This document shows positions 28,380 through 37,700 of a DNA stretch of 43,760 nucleotides, piece by piece. Numbering within the stretch: the first letter of the stretch is position 1; each line of letters starts with the position of its first letter. Where the stretch lies: the sequence record DRR723986_9138; one strand, written 5' to 3'. The translations under genes were made by a program, and so were the position numbers. The notes under the pieces were generated by a model. That model had not been told where the DNA came from. It did not search any database and saw nothing but the letters and a program-made list of their open reading frames with translations.

Positions 28380-30473
28380 ATGACCCAACGAATTCTCATA
28401 TTATCGCTTCTTGCTTTAGTGACGGTGCCTATGTCGGTTACCAGTCGCACGGGCGGTGCTGTGGTGAATTCCGGTCAGATTTACAATGCTGGAAGGATTG
28501 AAACTGCAACGGCACAAAGCAGTGGCGGGGACATTACGAATGAAGGTAGCCTCTTCATTAGTGGAATTGCCACGTTCCGTCAGGATACAATCGACGGCCA
28601 CGTAATCTACGATGGTGATGATCAGACTCAAGCGCAATTTATCCCGCAAATTGTCTATCAAAATCTGGAGTTCAGTGGGCGCGGTTTAAAACGGCTGACT
28701 GAACTGGATACAATCGTCACTCGTGATACGTTTCTTACCGCTTCAGGTGATGTTGAACTTGTGATACGTGAAGGGACAGAAGTTGTTACTCGTGGGCGGG
28801 TTACACATAACGGGTTTATCAACCGTGACTTTGTACATGGTAGAATCGTAATGCAAGGTGAAGAAGCGCAGAGTATCGATGGTACCGGCAGGTACGTAGT
28901 TCTTGCGCTTGACAATGAAGCTGGTAGTGATGTAGTTAATGGCGGTGGTTTTACAGTTAATCGCAGACTTGAGTTGCTGCGCGGAGCTTTCCGCAACGAC
29001 AGTGAAAACAACTTCTCTCTTGGCGATTCCGCACTAATTGTACGTAATGTTGGATCCGGAGTCTCAGATGCGCCTCTATTCGGCGAAAATGTTTCCGTCA
29101 CGTATATCGGTGATGGGAGGATTTTCTCTGGGGCAGAGCTGCCTAACAACCCGGGAACACTTAACAACCTGCGCGTTGAAACAACGGAAGGTTTGGATCT
29201 TGCTCAGTCTACAACCGTTAACGATACCTTGTATATCGGTAGCAATGTTGATACTGAGCCGGGCGATCAACAGAATGTGTTAACTCATACGAGTGTTGAA
29301 AATCCAATCTTCGGGGATGATGACGCCGAAGTGCGTGGTTCTGTAAAACGTACGCGACTGGCCGCAGGTGGAGTTCAAAATGTGTTTAACAACACACATA
29401 CATACGCTGGTTTCTCGGACGTAGAGAGCCTGGGCGGAATGTCTGCAATGACAGTTCGTATCCTACCGGATTCGCTACCACTACCTTTGACTACAAACAC
29501 TGGTGACAAGGTTCGTCGTTCCATAACGGTAACGGCCGAAGACGAGCAAGGTGAAGTTATTCAGGGCGGATTTAATGCTGAGTTTGGGTATGCCTATAAG
29601 CTTGACCAAAATGATGAATTAAATGGACTGGACACCTTAGGTGTACAACTTCAGTTAAACACTGAAGAAGGTTGGGCCAACGTAGCAGAGCCGGCTGAAA
29701 CTGTAGAAATTGCTGGGAATTGGGTGCGCGGTAGTGTGCCAAATTTACAGCGCTCCGGTTTTTACGCAATTGGCATTGGCGAGTTGATTCCAAATGCTCT
29801 GGTTGACATTCGCGTTCTCTTGGAAGGTCCGTATCGCAATGGCCGTATGGCTGCTGACCTTGCCGAAGGTGGGTTTCTGCCAGACGCTCCACCGGCTATT
29901 TACCCTTACAGCCTGGATCCGAATCGCAACTTCGTAAGCATGGGGGATTTGGGTGAGCGTCGTGATCAAATTGTTGACTGGGTCGTTGTGGAATTCCGCA
30001 CCCTACTCAGCGGTGGTGAATCGCGCTACCGGACAGGCTTGATTACCTGGGATGGAAACATTGTTGATTACCGTGACGGTCAGACTCAAATAAAGATCGA
30101 CTCCGGAACATATTATATAGTCGTGCATCACCGTAACCACCTGGCCGTTGTTACACGCGATGAGCAAGTTCTGACGCCTGAAACACATAGCTTTGACTTC
30201 ACTCGTGCGGGGCTGCTTCTTGGTGGAAGTAACGCCGTCAACCTGGTTGATGAAAACGAGACAGGGCGACAGTTCTTTGCTATGATTGGTGGAGACACCA
30301 ACGGTGATGGTGTTATTGATGAACAAGATTATGATGACTCTGCTACCGCTGCCTGGTTAAATCATGACAGCGAAGGATATATAAACCCAGATACAGATTT
30401 GAATGGTATCGTCACTACACGCGACGCAAACGTATCCTGGAACAACCGCGACAAGGAAACCCTTGCGCGATAA
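28380..30473 (+). CDS. Secreted paralog of the 772-aa protein with C-terminal LEGPY...HRNHL module and dockerin-like tandem Ca-binding loops
   Basis: Likely start ATG 28380 with signal peptide. EVRGSVKRT..VFNNTHT..VRRSITV parallels EVVGAMRRT..VFNNAET..VERKITV. C-terminal GDTNGDGVIDEQD and PDTDLNGIVTTRD loops. Confidence 0.75.
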   Translation: MTQRILILSLLALVTVPMSVTSRTGGAVVNSGQIYNAGRIETATAQSSGGDITNEGSLFISGIATFRQDTIDGHVIYDGDDQTQAQFIPQIVYQNLEFSGRGLKRLTELDTIVTRDTFLTASGDVELVIREGTEVVTRGRVTHNGFINRDFVHGRIVMQGEEAQSIDGTGRYVVLALDNEAGSDVVNGGGFTVNRRLELLRGAFRNDSENNFSLGDSALIVRNVGSGVSDAPLFGENVSVTYIGDGRIFSGAELPNNPGTLNNLRVETTEGLDLAQSTTVNDTLYIGSNVDTEPGDQQNVLTHTSVENPIFGDDDAEVRGSVKRTRLAAGGVQNVFNNTHTYAGFSDVESLGGMSAMTVRILPDSLPLPLTTNTGDKVRRSITVTAEDEQGEVIQGGFNAEFGYAYKLDQNDELNGLDTLGVQLQLNTEEGWANVAEPAETVEIAGNWVRGSVPNLQRSGFYAIGIGELIPNALVDIRVLLEGPYRNGRMAADLAEGGFLPDAPPAIYPYSLDPNRNFVSMGDLGERRDQIVDWVVVEFRTLLSGGESRYRTGLITWDGNIVDYRDGQTQIKIDSGTYYIVVHHRNHLAVVTRDEQVLTPETHSFDFTRAGLLLGGSNAVNLVDENETGRQFFAMIGGDTNGDGVIDEQDYDDSATAAWLNHDSEGYINPDTDLNGIVTTRDANVSWNNRDKETLAR

Positions 30474-30495
30474 CCAGCTGCAAACCAGGCGTAGT

Positions 30496-31800
30496 ATGAT
30501 GACGCATCGACCACATAAGCTTTCACAGGGAGACGCATCTGTCGCCAGGCGTAGCGCCTTTGCGTTTATTTGTGGCCTGCTCTTGTGTTCATTGATGAGT
30601 GTTAATGAATTGCACGCGCAGTCCGACAAAGATACGATTGCAAATGTCTCGGCAATTTTGGTAGCGCAACCACAGCCTAACCAAATAGAGCTTGATATCT
30701 GGGTAAAGAATATATCAAATAGCGAATGGCTAATGTGGGCGAATGGGACCTTTCAATTGGAGTTTCCCGGGGTCGCTATGGAGGAGTGCACAATTGAACA
30801 GCTTCCGGGCTTTTCTGCACTTCCTGCGGCCGAATACCAGATCATTCAGAATACTTTTCCAGGTAGATTGAGTATTGGGGTTCTTGGCCCCAAGAACTTT
30901 GGCGATTGTGTCGCTGTTGCGGTCGAAGATAGCGTGCGCGTCGGGCGCTTTCGAGTCTCAATACCTGAGCCAAATACTCTGCCGCTGAACATGAATTGGG
31001 TAACCCCCTTACCTAAATATCAGGCCACGGCTTTTAAAATCTTTGATGATCGCACTCCATTTTTCTATTCCGACGACAACATTGCGATGTTGGTCGGCGA
31101 GTTCGCGACATCATACGATATAAGGGATGTTGATATTCCCGACTTTCAGTTGGTTAATTTCTACGGCGAATACTTGGGTGACCGTAGAGTGCGGCTGTTC
31201 TGGCGCACCGAAACAGAAGTCTCAAACCGTGGATTTGTTATTGTTCGCGGCATTCGCCCTCTCGGGCAGGTAGATGAAGAACTAGACTTTGTTGACACGG
31301 TCGCGTGTTACGATTCTTACGAGACGCCTGATTTTGACTGTCGCCGCGTTGACCTTAATAGCCCAGGACTCAGCCTCGACCCGCTGGATTATTCTACTCC
31401 TGACACCGTTGATTTCCGCGAAGAAGAATACGTCTATCAATTGTACTATCATCACTTTGATGGTCAATTGGTATTCTTAGCTGAGACGCGCGTATTTGTA
31501 CCGAGTTCGGTTATCAGTTTTGCACAGGCGAATCCGAACCCATTCAGAAGTCGCACTATTATTGAGTATGTGGTTGACGACCGTGTGGTGTTGACGGCAA
31601 AAGTCTATGATGTTAATGGCCGCGAGGTTGAAACATTGATAGATCGGCAAATTACACCGATTGGAAGATATGAAATAGAATTTGTAGCTGCGCGGCTTAG
31701 CTCGCAAGGCCTCTATCATGTAAGGTTTACTGCATTCCCGGTTGATGATCCGTCTGTTGTAATTTCTACAGCCGATGTTAAACTACAACTAATCCGGTAA
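30496..31800 (+). CDS. T9SS type-A sorting domain protein with N-terminal cohesin-like beta-sandwich
   Basis: Start ATG 30496 follows the upstream stop; signal peptide ends LHA-Q. LVNF...LFWRTETEVSNRGF Ig/Fn3-like domain. CTD: NPNPFRSRTIIEY...VYDVNGREV...GLYHVR...KLQLIR. The cohesin-like call is my inference from the strand pattern. Confidence 0.75.
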   Translation: MMTHRPHKLSQGDASVARRSAFAFICGLLLCSLMSVNELHAQSDKDTIANVSAILVAQPQPNQIELDIWVKNISNSEWLMWANGTFQLEFPGVAMEECTIEQLPGFSALPAAEYQIIQNTFPGRLSIGVLGPKNFGDCVAVAVEDSVRVGRFRVSIPEPNTLPLNMNWVTPLPKYQATAFKIFDDRTPFFYSDDNIAMLVGEFATSYDIRDVDIPDFQLVNFYGEYLGDRRVRLFWRTETEVSNRGFVIVRGIRPLGQVDEELDFVDTVACYDSYETPDFDCRRVDLNSPGLSLDPLDYSTPDTVDFREEEYVYQLYYHHFDGQLVFLAETRVFVPSSVISFAQANPNPFRSRTIIEYVVDDRVVLTAKVYDVNGREVETLIDRQITPIGRYEIEFVAARLSSQGLYHVRFTAFPVDDPSVVISTADVKLQLIR

Positions 31801-31830
31801 TAGCTTTAACACCATATGGTTATCTAAACC

Positions 31831-33309
31831 ATGCACATAGCAAGATCATCAATACTTATATTGTGCAGCCTCGCTGGATTTATTCTGCCGGGGCCTTTGC
31901 TATTGTGTGATACCGATACGACCAGAACTCTTGCAGACGTCGATGTTGCGACAGTTGAAAACCCGTCTTCACCTATCGAGATTCCTGTCCAAAATGAATT
32001 GATCGGTGCGGCTACGCGCATATCAATCTTGCCTAATAAAGATACAGTTCTGACTACTTCTGGTTATGGCAACCTGTGGTTTGGAATATATGGGGGACCA
32101 AATTTTGGAACCTACCTCGGTGAGTTAAATCTGGCCTTAAATCGCTCTTCCCAGGTGCGCAACTTAGGCAGAGGATTCGGATCCGGTAGCTCGATTGGAT
32201 ATTTCATCGGCGCTATGGCAGAGTGGAAAAAACAAGATTGGCAATGGGGCTTCGGACTCAATGTCTCCTTTCTTGATGTGCGCGATGGGGCCTTCGAGTC
32301 TCTGGAAAACCAGTCGGTCATCGCTGAGTATGAAGGTGAGACACAATTTCGATATTTCACAATCTCGCCGACGGCCAGGTTGGATGTCATTGGCGGGTTG
32401 TATGCTTTCGGGGGGCTCGACTTTGAGTTGAATGTTGGGTCGGAAGCACTAATCATCCCGACTATTGATACTTCTGCCGTTATCCGCGAAGAGCGCAATG
32501 TTGATCTTGAAGCAAATGGCTTCCGCATGGGACTGCACGTAGGCGCGGCATATGAGTTCTTAGCTCTGGAAATAGCCGATAAAGCGCGTGTGCGACTCAG
32601 TCCATTCGTAAGTTTCCACTACGGATCAGAAGTTTCGAACAATCTGAATTCAGACTTGAACCTTGGGTTCATGCGTTTAGGGCTGACTCTAAAAGTTGGG
32701 GCAAACAGCGAACAACGCACCGTTAGGCGCTATGATCCGGACTTCATTGACCCACCAATCTATTTAGCATCGTTGCCGCAGCGGTTTGATTATGAAATTC
32801 CGGCCTTGCGACCAGATGAACGCATCGAAGCAATTCAGTTGGCCGTGATTGAACGACCCGTTATACAGACTCCTGCGCCGGATACAGTTGTTACTGAGCC
32901 ACCAGTGATAGCCAGTGCCGAAGTGCGGACTCCGCAACCTCAACGACAGCCGATTGAGATTGCCGGATTGAATGAAGAATTTGTCCTTGGAATACAAGGC
33001 GGTGCTTTGAGCACAGATTTAACGCAAACGTCTTATGCATATCTGGATGCAGTGGCCAATTTTTTGAAGCAAAATCCATCTGTTGAAGCACAGATTGCAG
33101 GTTATACGGATAACTTTGGTACTCCCGAAGAAACCCAAAGAGTTTCTGAGTTGCGTGCCAGCCACGTCGTAAATTATCTGGAATCAAAAGGCATCAGTCG
33201 TAGCCGCTTGTTTCCATCAGGTCTTGGTGCTCGTTCCGCTATCGCTAATAACATTACAGAAGAAGGCCGGCGACGCAACAGGCGTGTAGGTGTCACGCTG
33301 ATAGAGTGA
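31831..33309 (+). CDS. OmpA-family protein: beta-barrel + Pro-rich linker + peptidoglycan-binding OmpA_C domain
   Basis: GYTDNFGT...SELRASHVVNYL..KGI...GLG....ANNITEEGRRRNRRV. The central region has alternating amphipathic strands (WFGIYGG, WGFGLNVSF, LYAFGGLDF, RLGLTLKVG). Confidence 0.88.
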   Translation: MHIARSSILILCSLAGFILPGPLLLCDTDTTRTLADVDVATVENPSSPIEIPVQNELIGAATRISILPNKDTVLTTSGYGNLWFGIYGGPNFGTYLGELNLALNRSSQVRNLGRGFGSGSSIGYFIGAMAEWKKQDWQWGFGLNVSFLDVRDGAFESLENQSVIAEYEGETQFRYFTISPTARLDVIGGLYAFGGLDFELNVGSEALIIPTIDTSAVIREERNVDLEANGFRMGLHVGAAYEFLALEIADKARVRLSPFVSFHYGSEVSNNLNSDLNLGFMRLGLTLKVGANSEQRTVRRYDPDFIDPPIYLASLPQRFDYEIPALRPDERIEAIQLAVIERPVIQTPAPDTVVTEPPVIASAEVRTPQPQRQPIEIAGLNEEFVLGIQGGALSTDLTQTSYAYLDAVANFLKQNPSVEAQIAGYTDNFGTPEETQRVSELRASHVVNYLESKGISRSRLFPSGLGARSAIANNITEEGRRRNRRVGVTLIE

Positions 33310-33512
33310 TTTTTCTGTTTTTCGTCGTGAGATGACGCAGAATGTCCTCGCTGAGTCGTAAAAGTTTGAGTTATTAGCCCCTGAATCTTCTGGCAATTCA
33401 TTCCTGTGCCCTGGTCACTAAAATGTAATTGATTGAAGAATGTTTGTGCGAACTATCGCACTTATATTATTTTTGTGGGAATGGGTAGCCAACTGGAATC
33501 TGGTGTACACCA

Positions 33513-33530
33513 TGTGAATAAGCATCTACA
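33513..33530. promoter_or_regulatory. Possible GacA/UvrY-type box upstream of second regulator
   Basis: TGTGAA-N6-TCTACA, 18 bp, a degenerate match to TGTAAG-N6-CTTACA. Confidence 0.35.
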
Positions 33531-33718
33531 CATTATATATGCACCGCGTGTGTAATGGGATGAGCATATTCAAGTCGATAATTCCGTCTGGCATTTGGAT
33601 GGCTTCCCGGCGTATCGACAGCCCAGAGTGATCCCAGTGTTGTCCCAGCGTGGGCCGTTGTGCTCTGCGAACTGCACAGACAAACTTTTTTACATCTTCA
33701 CTAAATCTTGGCAAACAA

Positions 33719-34363
33719 ATGTACAAAGCGCTTGTAGCAGATGACCATCAGATTCTTCGTAGCGGATTAAAACTCTTTCTTTCATACAGCATGGATATGG
33801 AAGTAAGTGAAGCTCAGAATGGTGAAGAAGCACTTGCGCAGATCGATAAAACCGATTTCGACATTGTACTTTTAGACCTTTCGATGCCGGGCAAAGCTGG
33901 TTTGGATCTGTTGAAGACTCTTCGAAGTGCCAATTCAGGTTTGCCGATCCTGATTTTAAGTGGACAACCGGAAGAAAACTATGCTGCTCGTGCTCTTAAA
34001 GCGGGTGCAAGCGGTTATGTCAACAAAGCAGCCGATACTATTGAACTGATGACTGCCATCCGTAAGTGCCTGGCGGGTGGGCGATATGTTAGTCCATCGC
34101 TGGCCGAGAAGCTGATTGAAGATGCTACGCGTGAATCTGAAGACCTTGCGCCACATGAAACGCTTTCAGACCGTGAGTTCCAAATTTTGTGTCAGATCGG
34201 CTCAGGTAAGTCGGTAGGTGGGATTGCCCAGGAACTGCATTTATCAGTTAAAACTATTAGTACTTACCGCAAGCGGATCCTGGAGAAGATGAAACTTGCG
34301 ACTAATTCAGAGTTGATGCAGTATGCCCTAAAGCATCGATTGCTTGAGAAAGTTGCCGACTAA
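33719..34363 (+). CDS. NarL-family response regulator, UvrY/GacA-like
   Basis: MYKALVADDHQILR (ATG 33719), DLSMP, ALKAGASGYVNK, PHETLSDREFQI, LSVKTISTYRKRILEKM. Confidence 0.95.
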   Translation: MYKALVADDHQILRSGLKLFLSYSMDMEVSEAQNGEEALAQIDKTDFDIVLLDLSMPGKAGLDLLKTLRSANSGLPILILSGQPEENYAARALKAGASGYVNKAADTIELMTAIRKCLAGGRYVSPSLAEKLIEDATRESEDLAPHETLSDREFQILCQIGSGKSVGGIAQELHLSVKTISTYRKRILEKMKLATNSELMQYALKHRLLEKVAD

Positions 34364-34435
34364 ACCTCGATTTTACTCAGTTTGGCAGCCTATTTCTTGC
34401 GGAAGAGTGTAGTTCCACCATGCGTAACACAAAAG

Positions 34436-34453
34436 TGTGGAAAAAATCTTACA
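34436..34453. promoter_or_regulatory. Possible GacA/UvrY-type box upstream of the 1510-aa gene
   Basis: TGTGGA-N6-CTTACA (right half perfect), with dyad extending as AGTGT...ACACT. Confidence 0.45.
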
Positions 34454-34736
34454 CTCTAAATTTGATTTTGATCTTACTCCTGCCTAACTTCCAAGCTTCA
34501 TATATGCCGATTCACGCCAAGAATCGGACACTTCAATAAATCCGTAAGTAACTGGTAAGATTGGGGAAAACTTTTTGTAACCCGCCCGAAAACTGTGTGT
34601 TCTCTGGCGGAGTTTGGCGATAAATCGATTGATTTCAACGGATTGAGTCCGTTTGAGCCAGGTAAATCGAAGCGAAAATACTTGTAAATCATAGTAATAA
34701 ACTTACTTCCTTTCTTTGCACCTTATGGAGCATTCT

Positions 34737-37700
34737 ATGAAACGTGCATTTCTAGCTGTCTTAGCCTTATCTGTCCTCGGAAGCCTGCCTTTGGTAGCCG
34801 GTGGAAAAGATTCGGGAGACGACTTGTTGAGGAGAAGCGGCGGCGCCTCTTATCCTCAGCCCTTTGCCACCGACGCAGACTGGCCGCGCGACGAGCCAGC
34901 CATTTCGACGGGGTATTACATCGTCGATAGTGAAGATGGTGCTGGACCTCCGTTCACACCAAGACCATCCGACTTATTTGTGGACACTACTACCGAGCGC
35001 GGTACGTGGCGTCGCATTATCTCAGGTCCAAACCAGTTCCCAGCAGAATACTGGGATACGTTTGACGAAGGTCACATGTACTTTCGCAATCCTGGTGACG
35101 CGACTGACTCGACGGACAACGCATTTGCGGGTCCAATGTCGATCGGATTCCCATTCTACTTCAATGGGATCCGCTATGACAGTTTCTATGTATCGACTAA
35201 CGGTCTGATTGCACTTAGCAATCGTCGTTACTTCTACGATTCAGAAACTGGCGAACGCACAATTCCTGAAGGTCAGCCGACCGCTTGGGATCCTGTCAGT
35301 GATGACACCCGCGCTCGTTTTGATCCGAATGATGAAAACGGTCTCGACGATGATGTTGCCGATGACTGGGGTTATCGTTGGGTTGCTTGCGGTGGAAACC
35401 CAAACAACCGTAATGGTGGTATCCGTTGGGGTACAAACTCCAATCTTACCGATAACGGTCCTGGACCTGGCATTGCTTCCACACAGGTAATCGACGATGC
35501 ACCAATCATTGCCCCATTCTGGGACGATTGGCAGTTGTCACAGTTCAACGAAGAACTGAATCTGAAGGAAGACTACGGTCAGGTATGGTACAAGCGTTCA
35601 GTTAGCCGTGATCGTCTGACGATCTACTATCTGCAGCTCTCACCAATTGGTATCAAAACCAATCCTAATGGTGGTATCATCAACTTTGCGGAAAACAACC
35701 GCATCGGTGGTGGTGGTCCAGCATTTTATGTGAATGCTCAGGTTACGCTGAATCGTTCAGATTCAACGGTCAACTTCCTGTATCGCTTCAAAAACCCACC
35801 TCTGTTTGTTGTTAACAACCGTCCAGTTGATCCATATGCGGTTATCCGCTTCAACTCGACTGTTGGTGTTCGTGGTAAAGCACGTTACATCGATGACAAC
35901 TTCCAGGAGCAACGTTACTCACAGCATTCCACATACCTGTGGAATCGTAACGTATTTGTTGTTGGACCAGCTAACTCAGCTAACTCAACTCCGGCAAATG
36001 ACCTGGCTATCAAATTCAAGCAGTACAAGAATGTTCTGCGGGTTGTGCGGATCAACTACCTGATCCCTGATCCAACAGATGGCAAGTTCACGATTCCGGT
36101 CGATAACTCGAACAACTACGAGCTTCTCGTTGGTGATCAATTGCTCGGTGCTATCCAGCCTGTTGCAATTTTCCAAAACTTGACAAATGACATCCAGGGC
36201 CCTCAAGGCGTCAACTTCCAGAAACAAGGACTGCGCTTCCGTACGCGTTTCAAAATTCAGAATGACATTCTGAATGACACTAGCGTATATAGCCGCCAGG
36301 TTTGTGTTGATAGTTTGGCTCTTCGTTTCCCGAATGTCTCTGGTGTTCGTCTTGTGAACTTTGCTGGTGAATCAGTACCGTTCACAGGTAATGGCGTTCC
36401 ACCATATGGCTTTGTTGAAGTTAAATTCCCAGCCTACAAAACAAACCAGTTCCTGCCTAACCAGATTGGTCGTTTGACTTCTCTCGTTATCGGTGAGCCG
36501 GCTCAATGTTCCGGTGCTCGCGCCGGTTATGGCGATGAATGGGCATTTGATGATACTACTCGTATTCGTCTCTTCGGTATTCGGATTCTGAATAGCTTCT
36601 CTGACAATGTTACTGACTTTAGTTTCTCCCGTCGTGAAGGTACACTTCCTTCGGTGAACAAGTGGGTATCGTTGGGTGCTGAAGCTGTAGATGGTGATGC
36701 TAACACATATGCTCCTCCTCCACCAAGAGGCGAGTTTGCTTCGGCAAACAACGAGTTTGTTACGCTGAACTCACCAGTTATCCGCATGAACCGTTTTGAC
36801 CTTGCAGATAATGACCTGGCTCCAAATGGTGATGAACTCCGTTCGTTCCCAGTTGACCTGCGTGGTCGTTCATCCGCTATCCTTTCGTTCTCGTATCAGC
36901 GTACCGGTGTTCCACCGAACAACACATTCAATCGTGGTTGGTCAGATGCTACTCTGATTGGTCCTGAGATTCGTGTTGTACAAGATGGTAACTGGGAAAC
37001 AACTGCACCTGTGCAGCGTCCTGACCTGCTTGAGCTTGACTTTGCTAACCCAAGCCCGAACGCTTACGACAACATTACGAACATTGAACCACGCGGTTGG
37101 GGTACTCACCCGAACCTCGCAGATCCAGACAGACCGATCTCTAACAACCCATCCTACACCGTATTCGGTGGTGGTGGTGAGCGTCGCGGTTGGTCCGAAA
37201 TGAATTCGGATTCAGCTCTGTCCTCACAGCAGGGTCTGCGCTTCAACCAATTCGATGATGGTAAAGATCAGGAATTCAACAAAGTATTTGTTGAAGTACC
37301 TAGCTACATCATGGATGCTCCAAACGACGGTGCTCGTTACTTCCGTTTCAAACTGAGTGTTCGCGCTGCACGTAACAGTGTTCCGCCAAACCCACAGGAT
37401 GACCGGGATAACTTCTACGTTGACAACACTGCAATTCTCTTCCCGACAGAAACTCCTGATCTGGAAGTCAGCCTTGTTCGCGTTAACTGGCCATACACAA
37501 TGGTTCCTGCCAGCCAGGCTGCCAATGTGCCTGTTGAAGTGAAACTGTCTAACAACAGTATCATTCCTTCACGTGCCTTCGCTGTTCAGGTTCTGATCAA
37601 AGAGCGTGGTGCTGCTGATGAGTTCCGCGTATACTGTCGTGCTCAAACGCTTCCATTCTTGCGTGCTCAGACTGAGTCAATCAAGCAGTTCCCAGTTTGG

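Noticed and set aside
30403-30495. 71-nt gene overlap implied by the ORF track start
   Set aside because: ATG 30496 after the upstream stop gives a normal signal peptide.
30291-31000. Cellulosome
   Set aside because: No glycoside hydrolase on the dockerin-like protein and no multi-cohesin scaffoldin; the only GH is an unlinked NagZ.
33310-33718. Csr/Rsm-type small RNA next to the UvrY-like regulator
   Set aside because: No repeated GGA hairpins or terminator visible.
34625-34646. Third copy of the 22-bp operator (ATTTCAACGGATTGA), plus a half-site AATCCGTA near 34539
   Set aside because: Only 15/22 match with the left half absent and no -7 element at the expected spacing; the site also fits a short hairpin (aacgga/tccgtt).
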